A stretch of DNA of 53,376 nucleotides, taken from positions 1 to 53,376 of the forward strand of contig JAGWJP010000001.1 of the NCBI GenBank assembly GCA_028865725.1, read 5' to 3'. Below are positions 27,278 to 34,585 of the stretch, one piece after another. The translations under genes were made by a program, and so were the position numbers. Each line of letters begins with the position of its first letter. Position 1 is the first letter of the stretch. A model generated the notes under the pieces. The model had not been told where the DNA came from and did not search any database. It was given only the letters and a program-made list of their open reading frames with translations. The stretch comes from Patescibacteria group bacterium (GTDB lineage: Bacteria > Patescibacteriota > Minisyncoccia > UBA6257 > JACRHW01).

Positions 27278-27643
27278 TTATTTATGTCTACGGGTATTGA
27301 ACATAAACCCGCACATTACTAATATTCCTGTGATTAAAATAAGTTCTATGGAGTTAATAAATAATGCTAGTAAAGCAGTACTTGTCGCAAAGATAGGGAA
27401 AATCATTGTATTTTCATGAAAATCTTTCATCGTTTGGAAAATATAGCCTACTATCAAGAGACTAATTCCTGTTATAAATAAATGATGATTGACACCAGCT
27501 ATTGCGTACTCAATTTTATTCGAATCGGTAAAATAACCGCTGTTACTTTCTTTAATAGAAAAGGCAAGAAAAATAGAACCTAGGAAAGAGGATGCAGTGT
27601 TTAAAATACTATAGATTTCTTCCTTGGTAAGATCAATTCTCAT
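27278..27643 (-). CDS. Small 3-TM membrane protein (operon gene 2)
   Basis: 121 aa with three hydrophobic segments. The gap to the next gene is 8 nt. Confidence 0.55.
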   Translation of the reverse strand: MRIDLTKEEIYSILNTASSFLGSIFLAFSIKESNSGYFTDSNKIEYAIAGVNHHLFITGISLLIVGYIFQTMKDFHENTMIFPIFATSTALLALFINSIELILITGILVMCGFMFNTRRHK

Positions 27644-27663
27644 AAGTTCGTCAGAAAAGATTT

Positions 27664-28278
27664 TTAAGAATTAGGTAGTGTTGCTAAATATTGGTCTGTT
27701 AAATATAAAACGCCAGTATCTGGCAATTTGGGTAGTTCTATTTTATCTATAAAACCATATTTCTGAGCTTCGGTTGCCGTATAAGTCGTAGTTTTTAAAA
27801 AAGCTTGTTTAATAGTCGCAAGAGATAATGGTTTTTTGCTTCTGGATGATGTCTCCTTATGAATTATGTTTTGCGTTTTTTCATCTATAGCGGATAAACT
27901 TGCTCTTTGAGTATCAATATCAAAAACATTAAATTGTTCTGGAAGAACATCTCTCGATAATGTTGTTTGATGAATCATAAAATCACAGTTAGGAACTCCT
28001 ATTCTATTCTGAAATCCTAAAAAGAATGGAACGCCAGCAGATGATACGTTACCCATGTTATATACCGTTGTCTTTTGAGGTATTGATTTAATAAAATTGT
28101 ACAGATTAACTGCATAAAATGGATTTCCTCCGAGCGTTGAAAGGTAGATGATATACTCTGAAATCTTTTGCTTTGGATCTTGCGCTTGGTTACAAATGAA
28201 TCCGATTAAAACGTCTTCCATTTTTTTAGTAATCAAAGCGCTACACCATATATGTTGAATTTTAAGTTCGTCGTTCAT
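27664..28278 (-). CDS. ClpP-fold serine peptidase-like protein (operon gene 1)
   Basis: IIYLSTLGGNPFYAVNLYNFIKSI...TTVYNMGNVSSAGVPFFLGF...DFMIHQTT...EAQKYGFIDKI parallels ClpP LYINSPGG...G.AASMG...IMIHQP...EA.EYGLID. The Ser and His positions are retained. Confidence 0.7.
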   Translation of the reverse strand: MNDELKIQHIWCSALITKKMEDVLIGFICNQAQDPKQKISEYIIYLSTLGGNPFYAVNLYNFIKSIPQKTTVYNMGNVSSAGVPFFLGFQNRIGVPNCDFMIHQTTLSRDVLPEQFNVFDIDTQRASLSAIDEKTQNIIHKETSSRSKKPLSLATIKQAFLKTTTYTATEAQKYGFIDKIELPKLPDTGVLYLTDQYLATLPNS

Positions 28279-28375
28279 ATTGTGAGATATTATCTTACAT
28301 TTTTATAAGTTAGGCAATGATAATTTGTCGGTTTGAAAATAATAATTTTTTATGGCAACATAAGGTCAATAAAAT

Positions 28376-29353
28376 ATGGCTAGGATTATTTCGAATAACA
28401 AGGAATACTCGCTCTACGACTTCGATAACGAAGCTGAATTTGAAAAGGCAGTTATCGAAAATCAGAAGTATCTTTTTGGGAAGGATTCCGTCTATATTGA
28501 TGTAAAGCGAAGAATCGGACGTGACAGTCATCGTGGCATACCTGATGCTTTTTTGATTGATTTTTATGATACGAAAAAACCACAACTGTATATTGTGGAA
28601 AACGAATTGGCATCGCATGACGTGTATTCGCATATTTCTGAACAAATTGCTCGGTTTAGCGCAAGCGCTTTGACGTCCCCAAATCAGATACGCGATATGC
28701 TTATCAAGGCAGTAGAGAATGAACCAGAAGTAAAAGGGGAAATAGAAAAGCATCTTTCTCAAACTATTTTCAAAACAATTACAGAATTAATGCTTCAGCT
28801 TACCGAAAAGGAGGATATTAAAATTGTTGTTGCAATAAACGATGATACAGAATTAGATCTTGCTTTTAGGGTTTTTAAGAATCCTCCCGATACGGTTATC
28901 TTGCAACGCTATATGTGCGGGGATGATATTTCCTACTATTATGAACCGATGCGAGAGGAGATTGAAGATATTGAAATTGGAAAAAAGAAAACTGGTGAAG
29001 CGGTAGATTTTGATACGGTTGTTTGTGCAGCTTTCGAAGATGGGTTTAAACATGCATACATGGAAAATAATGCATGGTGGGCGATCAGATTATCTCAAAA
29101 AGCTCGGGAGCAGTTAAAATATTTGGCTATCTACGAAAAAGCCCCGATTGCGCATATTAGTCATTATGCTGAAATTGAGCGCATAGAACCATACAAAGAT
29201 ACGGGTAAGTTCATTTTGTATTTAAAGAACAAGAAAACTGTTAAACCAATTAAACTTGGTACAGGTAAAAAGGGGGAGGCACCACAAGCTCCTCGTTACA
29301 CAACGCTTGGTAAATTATTAAATGCTGAATCGGTCAGTGAGCTTTGGGGTTAG
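28376..29353 (+). CDS. PD-(D/E)xK-like nuclease-fold protein with C-terminal beta-rich (PUA/EVE-like?) domain
   Basis: N-terminal GIPDAFLIDFYDTKKPQLYIVENELASHD resembles NucS/Shedu-type cores (G.iD...vvE.K) but has E-N-E in place of E-x-K. The C-terminal LKYLAIYEKAPIAHISHYAEIERIEP...PIKL resembles PUA-like readers. Both assignments are inference. Confidence 0.5.
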   Translation: MARIISNNKEYSLYDFDNEAEFEKAVIENQKYLFGKDSVYIDVKRRIGRDSHRGIPDAFLIDFYDTKKPQLYIVENELASHDVYSHISEQIARFSASALTSPNQIRDMLIKAVENEPEVKGEIEKHLSQTIFKTITELMLQLTEKEDIKIVVAINDDTELDLAFRVFKNPPDTVILQRYMCGDDISYYYEPMREEIEDIEIGKKKTGEAVDFDTVVCAAFEDGFKHAYMENNAWWAIRLSQKAREQLKYLAIYEKAPIAHISHYAEIERIEPYKDTGKFILYLKNKKTVKPIKLGTGKKGEAPQAPRYTTLGKLLNAESVSELWG

Positions 29354-29387
29354 AAAACAGGTATAAATTGAATTACTTAGAATAATT

Positions 29388-29415
29388 AAAAGAGACACTA
29401 TTAGATGTCTCTTTT
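29388..29415. terminator. Bidirectional terminator hairpin
   Basis: AAAAGAGACA - 8 nt - TGTCTCTTTT between convergent genes. Confidence 0.55.
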
Positions 29416-29429
29416 AATGCAGTAGGTTG

Positions 29430-29957
29430 TTATTTGTCTGCTGAAACAGGAAGACCTAATTTTTGTAATGGAAGATAGTTGAAATAATATTGACATCCGA
29501 CAGAGATAACATAATCGAGCGTATCTTTATATTCAGGCTTTTTAAACCAATCATTCAAAATATAAACATATTCAATCTCGATATTTAAGGGCGCAAATAA
29601 TTTCTTATATTGTTTTTTCTTGAAATCACAGGTTTGCAATTTTTCGTCTACGGAACCAGCAACTTTCTGGAATTTCATTTCAATAATAAAGAGGGTATTG
29701 TTTACAATTACATACAGGGCTTCATCTGGAAAAAGACGTTTTGAAATAAGTTTTTTCCAGTCGACATTCTTTTCATTTAATATTTTGTATAACCCCTGTT
29801 TGCGATAACTTCGGGCGACTTCTTTTCCTTGATAGTAGATAATACTGCTTTTGACAGAGTAATCTTTTGCTTTTTTCAGAATCTCTAAAATATCACGTTC
29901 TTTTTCAAAGTTAAGACCCGTTATTGTATTACCTCCGCCAGTTCCTTTTATTTTCAT
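29430..29957 (-). CDS. Type II restriction endonuclease candidate (PD...ExK)
   Basis: 175 aa with FPDEALYV...LFIIEMKFQ (PD-x(n)-E-x-K). It starts 8 nt downstream of the methyltransferase on the same strand. Confidence 0.6.
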   Translation of the reverse strand: MKIKGTGGGNTITGLNFEKERDILEILKKAKDYSVKSSIIYYQGKEVARSYRKQGLYKILNEKNVDWKKLISKRLFPDEALYVIVNNTLFIIEMKFQKVAGSVDEKLQTCDFKKKQYKKLFAPLNIEIEYVYILNDWFKKPEYKDTLDYVISVGCQYYFNYLPLQKLGLPVSADK

Positions 29958-29965
29958 ATAAGTTA

Positions 29966-30775
29966 TTATTTACTGTGTTTTGCAGATAAATTACGGTCTA
30001 ACTCCTCAAATCGTTTTATGGATAGATCTAAGAATTTTGACTCGGTATCAATGCCAATGAAACGACGCCCTAAAAGGTATGCGGCCATTCCTGTAGTTGA
30101 GCTTCCCGTAAAAGGATCAACAACGAGGTCGCCTTTATTTGTTGAGGCAAGTACTATTCGTTTTAACAAATCCTCTGGTTTTTGTGTAGGATGTTTTCCG
30201 AATTTCTTTTCTATGGGTTTTGGTGTTCCCATTGCCCAAACAGAGCGCATTTGTAACCCCGGCTTTTTTAATTGATCCTCCGGCCAGTTACCGTTCTTCA
30301 TTAAATCGTAATTGAAAATATGCTTTGCTTTTTTGTCTTTCCGTGCCCAAATTAAGGTTTCATGACTGGCAGTAAAGAAACGACAGCTTAAGTTTGGTGA
30401 AGCATTCGGCTTAAACCATGCAATATCATTAAGAATATGATATCCGAGCGATTGTAGTGCGTGTCCGCATTGGTAAATTGAATGATAGGTACCGCTAACC
30501 CAGAGCGTACCATGAGGTTTTAAAACTCTACGGCAAGCCTCCATCCATTTATGATGAAAATCATAATCATCCTCGAAACCTTTGCTTTTGTCCCAGTCGC
30601 CTTTATTAACGCTTACCATTCGCCCTGCATGAACAGTCATGCCCCCATTTGAAAGGTTATATGGTGGATCAGCAAAAACCATGTCCACTGAACTTTCAGG
30701 GAGTTCCGCTAATAGATTTAAGCAATCTGATTTATAAAGTTCAAATTTATGTTTTTTATAATACGGTGTTTGCAT
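29966..30775 (-). CDS. DNA methyltransferase, beta-class (N6-adenine or N4-cytosine)
   Basis: Motif IV (VFADPPYN) precedes motif I (VVDPFTGSSTTGMAA). Confidence 0.85.
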   Translation of the reverse strand: MQTPYYKKHKFELYKSDCLNLLAELPESSVDMVFADPPYNLSNGGMTVHAGRMVSVNKGDWDKSKGFEDDYDFHHKWMEACRRVLKPHGTLWVSGTYHSIYQCGHALQSLGYHILNDIAWFKPNASPNLSCRFFTASHETLIWARKDKKAKHIFNYDLMKNGNWPEDQLKKPGLQMRSVWAMGTPKPIEKKFGKHPTQKPEDLLKRIVLASTNKGDLVVDPFTGSSTTGMAAYLLGRRFIGIDTESKFLDLSIKRFEELDRNLSAKHSK

Positions 30776-30931
30776 GATTGTTTTAAAAACGATTTTGAAG
30801 CAGAATTACGATGAATTCATAATATACTTTCTCGTGTTTTTTTAAAACCCTTTTAGCTTTCTTGGTTTCATTGCAAAAGAATTCTACGTATTTTAAAATT
30901 CAAAATTGGAAAACTAAAACAAGAGATTTAT

Positions 30932-31102
30932 GTGAAAAAACAAGAACTCAAGGTTGTATATGAACAAGTAAAAGATGTTTCAGAAGAGGAGACTCGAAGA
31001 AGATTGGATCGAGTTTTTGATATTCTTTTTAATGCGGTATTAGAGCAAGACCAAAAGAAAAATTTGCATCGCAGTCAATCTAGGAAAAATCATAAAAAAT
31101 AA
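30932..31102 (+). CDS. Possible 56-aa ORF (GTG start), hypothetical
   Basis: Encodes VKKQELKVVYEQVKDVSEEETRRRLDRVFDILFNAVLEQDQKKNLHRSQSRKNHKK*. Its 3' end coincides with the first copy of a 23-bp repeat, so it could be a gene remnant. Confidence 0.25.
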   Translation: MKKQELKVVYEQVKDVSEEETRRRLDRVFDILFNAVLEQDQKKNLHRSQSRKNHKK

Positions 31103-31417
31103 GGCAGTTTGCATACAAATACGAACGTGTCTTTTTGCAACACAATAAATCTGGTAAATTCTAGTTTTTAGTTTCTTTGCGTATATAGAGGTATAAAAAC
31201 CAAGAAACTAAACCTGCACTGCGACCATGCAAAGAAAAATCATCAAAAAGAAGGCACTTCGCAATACAATAAAGAGGCATCTTTTTGTCTAAAAAAGTTG
31301 AACAATTGTATAGCGTCCGTTGTAGGAAAAATCATCAAAAAGAAGGTAAAGAGCTATACAATTCTAGTTTTTTAGTTTCTTGGTATATATAGGGATGAAA
31401 AAACTAAGAAACTAACC
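31082..31417. repeat. Repeat cluster: three 23-bp direct repeats and two hairpin units of about 57 bp
   Basis: A(G/A)GAAAAATCAT(A/C)AAAAA(T/G)AAGG occurs at 31082, 31232 and 31324. AATTCTAGTTTTTAGTTTCTT(T/G)G...C(C/T)AAGAAACTAA(A)CC hairpin units lie at 31158-31215 and 31360-31417. Confidence 0.7.
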
Positions 31418-31648
31418 TCTTGGTAAAGAAATCTTCGTAATCTGTTGTCCATCCTGTCCTCCTGACCTAATCTGGCCAAGAGGACAGTAAAGACAGTATT
31501 TTTACAGGTTTACTTCTTACAACGTAGATTTTGCGCTGTAGAAGCGGTGCATACGCGCTTGAATGAATAAACCTTCATTCAAGCAGAGAAGTGCGGCTCT
31601 AATACCTCTCTAGACCCTAGAAAACGCATTTCTAAGTCTTTCGTTAGG

Positions 31649-32587
31649 TTAATAGTAATCTTCTACTGTTATGGTGTAGGAGGTATTCAGGCTATTTAAA
31701 TCAAGATAATATTGGCCTGGTGGTAAAGAATATTGATAGGTACTGTTACTTGCAGGACAAGTAACATCGTTTGCAATTATACCCATTTGGTAACTTGAAA
31801 CTGATCGGATTACGCCGGTAAAACTATTCACCGAATAACTACTATCAGGCACAGAACAAGTATAGTCTATTCGTTGTTTCTCCCCCTGAAGAGCAAAAGG
31901 AGGTGTATTAACGGTTGTTGCACTTCCGTAGGTGTAAGTAACATGCCAGCTTTTTGGTGCTTCAGAAACAGGTTGCTGTGTAGGGGTTGAAGGTTGCGTA
32001 GTTGTTTGCGTTGTCTGGGGTTCGGGTGCTGTTGTTTGCGAAGTAGATGAAACTGATTTTCCTGCTCCTTTTTGGATGATACAGCCTGTCATGCTAGGAA
32101 TCGTAATGGTGAAATTTGCTTGAGATGTATATGTTTTGGAACCAGTGAGCGGTCCGTAGATAGTGACTACGTCATCTTTTACTGCGCTTGTCGTTGTTGC
32201 GTATTCTACATACACGACATCGCTACTACTCCATCCATATGAATCTTTGGTAACCGCAAGACGTATTACTCCTTGCCCGCCCGACTCTTCGATTTGAAGA
32301 ATTTGTCCGGTGAATTTCGCGATCTTACCAGTGAAGGAATCAGAATTCTTATCAAGCTGTTTGAAATCTACCGCTTGCACTTCTGATTTGATATTGCCTG
32401 AACACTGGGAATTTTGGGTAGATTCGGTTGTACTTACTGGTTCCGTGTTTAGATTTGTTTTACTTGCTATACCAACAAGGGCAATAAACATGATGAAAAC
32501 GAAGAATGCGAATAGCACGACCAAGACTGGATTTTGGTTAACCCAGCTTCTCGCACCTGTTTTATGAGAATCGTTTTTTTCTTCCAT
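31649..32587 (-). CDS. Membrane-anchored extracytoplasmic protein with Thr/Gln/Pro-rich linker
   Basis: 312 aa with an N-terminal TM segment (VLVVLFAFFVFIMFIALVGI), a linker TSQTTAPEPQTTQTTTQPSTPTQQP, and two beta-rich domains. Confidence 0.6.
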   Translation of the reverse strand: MEEKNDSHKTGARSWVNQNPVLVVLFAFFVFIMFIALVGIASKTNLNTEPVSTTESTQNSQCSGNIKSEVQAVDFKQLDKNSDSFTGKIAKFTGQILQIEESGGQGVIRLAVTKDSYGWSSSDVVYVEYATTTSAVKDDVVTIYGPLTGSKTYTSQANFTITIPSMTGCIIQKGAGKSVSSTSQTTAPEPQTTQTTTQPSTPTQQPVSEAPKSWHVTYTYGSATTVNTPPFALQGEKQRIDYTCSVPDSSYSVNSFTGVIRSVSSYQMGIIANDVTCPASNSTYQYSLPPGQYYLDLNSLNTSYTITVEDYY

Positions 32588-32697
32588 ATGATATTGAAAT
32601 TAATTTTTTAAACGCGTGTTTTAGCGTTGCTGGGAGTTGTAGGAGCGTACTTCTTTACGAGAATGAGTATCTTATCATTCCGCGATTATACTACTCT

Positions 32698-33204
32698 CTA
32701 AGACCCTCTAAGACTGATAGTTATGGTATTGATGGGTTCTTCACAGAGAATTGAGAGATGACAGGCAGTCTGTATTGCTTTCTCTACGCTTGCACCAAGG
32801 TAGAGGGCAGACAACGCATAATCTTTGCCTGCACCGATCGAGTAGTAGTCCTTAATTTCTCGTATGAAGTACCCCGAAATGAAGAAAACTTTGCCATGAT
32901 ATACGACTAAGAACTCCGCCGTATCAATCGAGGGGGCATTCTTTGCGTTGCTCAAGTAGTCTACGAACTCGCGTATGAGCATCATCCATTCGTATTCAGA
33001 ATTCTGCTTAGGCAGATGGTTCTCTAAGAATTCTTTGAACAAAAACCCTAGTGCACAAGATCCAACTGTTCCTAGCACCATATCGGTGCTGATGCGAGAA
33101 AGCTTCGCGAGTTTATCTTTCTCTTGCGAGAGTCCGCTGATACGGATACTATCTGCTCCAATTACGATTTCTTTTTTCTGGATGCGTACCGCAACAACAC
33201 TCAT
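32698..33204 (-). CDS. HslV/proteasome-like Ntn-hydrolase-fold protein
   Basis: MSVVAVRIQKKEIVIGADS...MVLGTVGSCALGFLFKEF...YYSIGAGKDYALSALYLG parallels HslV TTIVSVRR...VIAGDG...AGFAGGTADAF...AIGSGGPYA. Ser follows the initiator Met where the catalytic Thr normally sits. Confidence 0.6.
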   Translation of the reverse strand: MSVVAVRIQKKEIVIGADSIRISGLSQEKDKLAKLSRISTDMVLGTVGSCALGFLFKEFLENHLPKQNSEYEWMMLIREFVDYLSNAKNAPSIDTAEFLVVYHGKVFFISGYFIREIKDYYSIGAGKDYALSALYLGASVEKAIQTACHLSILCEEPINTITISLRGS

Positions 33205-33339
33205 GAGTTTGTAGTTTAAAAATCTGTTGCTCGACCTTTAGATTTCTAAACTGCAGGATGAGAAAGTAAATAGCGAGTATGTTAATACGATGATTTTTTC
33301 AAGGTTTTTGAAAACACAAAACCTGCTACCAGGAAGGCC

Positions 33340-33417
33340 TTGCGACCCCTGCACAAGTTTCCTTGTGCAACGTGCGATACGCCCTGATAACGGGGTTAAT
33401 ATATCGCACGATTTTTT
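33340..33417 (+). ncRNA. Candidate structured RNA or leader ending in an intrinsic terminator
   Basis: TGCACAAG-TTTC-CTTGTGCA (33350-33369), then CGTGCGATA...TATCGCACG (33371-33410) followed by ATTTTTT. There is no plus-strand gene upstream. Confidence 0.35.
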
Positions 33418-33588
33418 GCCATGCCTCACAAAGAAACGTGAAAAATCTTGCGGGGTTTAGGCAGTACCGTATTCAGTTGTTAGGTTTACGTTAGCATAAT
33501 TTCAGAGAAAATGGAAATAGAAAAAGAGTTGCGCAGATTGTAGAAAATTGGTACATTGCATGCGATATTAAAACATTATTATAAAAAT

Positions 33589-34413
33589 ATGGTATCAAAA
33601 AACAAAGTTTTGCTTGATGACAAATCGAGATTCGTCGAAGTAATAAAGTTATTGCCTGAAAAGTTTGTGAACGATCTCAGAGACTACCTATTTGAAGCTC
33701 ATTTTCCTGTAAGGTATAACGAGGTGTTTTCGAAATATTTCAATAGGTCTGATGAGTTTTTGCTGACGTTTTCAACTTCGAAAATAAACAAAGCGTATCA
33801 AAAAGTAGAGACGTTTTTTTCTAATCTTATAGACTTTTTGAATTCAAATTTTGATATCCCTAAGGGGTACCACCTTAATCCGTTGTATCGTGAGTTGCGT
33901 CCTGAAATAAGTCACAGATTTGGAAAACATGACGCAGAATCTCAGAAGAAATGGGACAAATATAAAAGAGACCTTGATGTTTTGGTAGAAACGTTCGTGG
34001 ACGCATACGGTGATTTTATTCATATTGCGAGAAAGGAAGTTGAGCGCGAAAATGCGATAGCGGAGCCATCGACAAAAAAGGATTCAAAGACCATTCCCGT
34101 AACATTATATCTTAATACTACTGGGGACTTATGGCGGGAACCAAAGGAAAAGTTTTGTTATCCTATAAAGGAAAAAAGCGATAGGCATAAAATCGTCCGT
34201 TACCTCGCAACCCATAAAGGTATTCAGCAAACGCTGGACATGTCCAACGAGTTTGAAGGTAAACCATTGCAGTCAATACGGACTGAGATAGGGAAGATAA
34301 GAGGCGAAATAAAGAAATTCTTAAAAATTGATGGGAAGCGTGTAATTGAAGAAGGTAAAACCGGTAGCGGTTATATGATAGGTCGAGGATGTAAAATTAA
34401 AATAGTAAGATAA
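33589..34413 (+). CDS. Hypothetical protein with C-terminal winged-helix (OmpR/CadC-like) DNA-binding-type tail
   Basis: C-terminal QSIRTEIGKIRGEIKKFL...IEEGKTGSGYMIG resembles the L..LRkKl....I.tvrG.GY wing. ATG 33589 is preferred over TTG 33556. Confidence 0.55.
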   Translation: MVSKNKVLLDDKSRFVEVIKLLPEKFVNDLRDYLFEAHFPVRYNEVFSKYFNRSDEFLLTFSTSKINKAYQKVETFFSNLIDFLNSNFDIPKGYHLNPLYRELRPEISHRFGKHDAESQKKWDKYKRDLDVLVETFVDAYGDFIHIARKEVERENAIAEPSTKKDSKTIPVTLYLNTTGDLWREPKEKFCYPIKEKSDRHKIVRYLATHKGIQQTLDMSNEFEGKPLQSIRTEIGKIRGEIKKFLKIDGKRVIEEGKTGSGYMIGRGCKIKIVR

Positions 34414-34451
34414 TCGTTTGCTATTCCTCTCATATCGTTAATAAGTTTTCG

Positions 34452-34480
34452 AAAAACGGCTGGAAATCAGCTGTTTTTTG
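34452..34480 (+). terminator. Intrinsic terminator
   Basis: ACGGCTG-GAAAT-CAGCTGT followed by TTTTTT. Confidence 0.55.
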
Positions 34481-34585
34481 TTTGCAAAAAGTATCAAGCG
34501 ATTATGTAAAGCGTAGGACTTCGTTTGCTAGAAATAAAGCAGAGTTTAATGGTCGTTATGCATTAACTAATAAATAATAATTAAT

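Noticed and set aside
27664-28278. ClpP-like gene as a prophage prohead protease, which would make the island a prophage
   Set aside because: No capsid, portal, terminase, tail or lysis genes occur anywhere in 25.3-38.1 kb. The gene heads an operon of membrane and HEPN-like proteins instead.
31082-31417. Possible CRISPR array in the repeat-rich non-coding region
   Set aside because: The repeats are only three 23-mers at irregular spacing (150 and 92 bp) plus two long hairpin units. There are no regularly sized spacers, and no cas genes occur in the window.
33238-33429. 63-aa minus-strand track ORF
   Set aside because: It covers the hairpin-rich intergenic region, has no start context, and its sequence looks non-coding.
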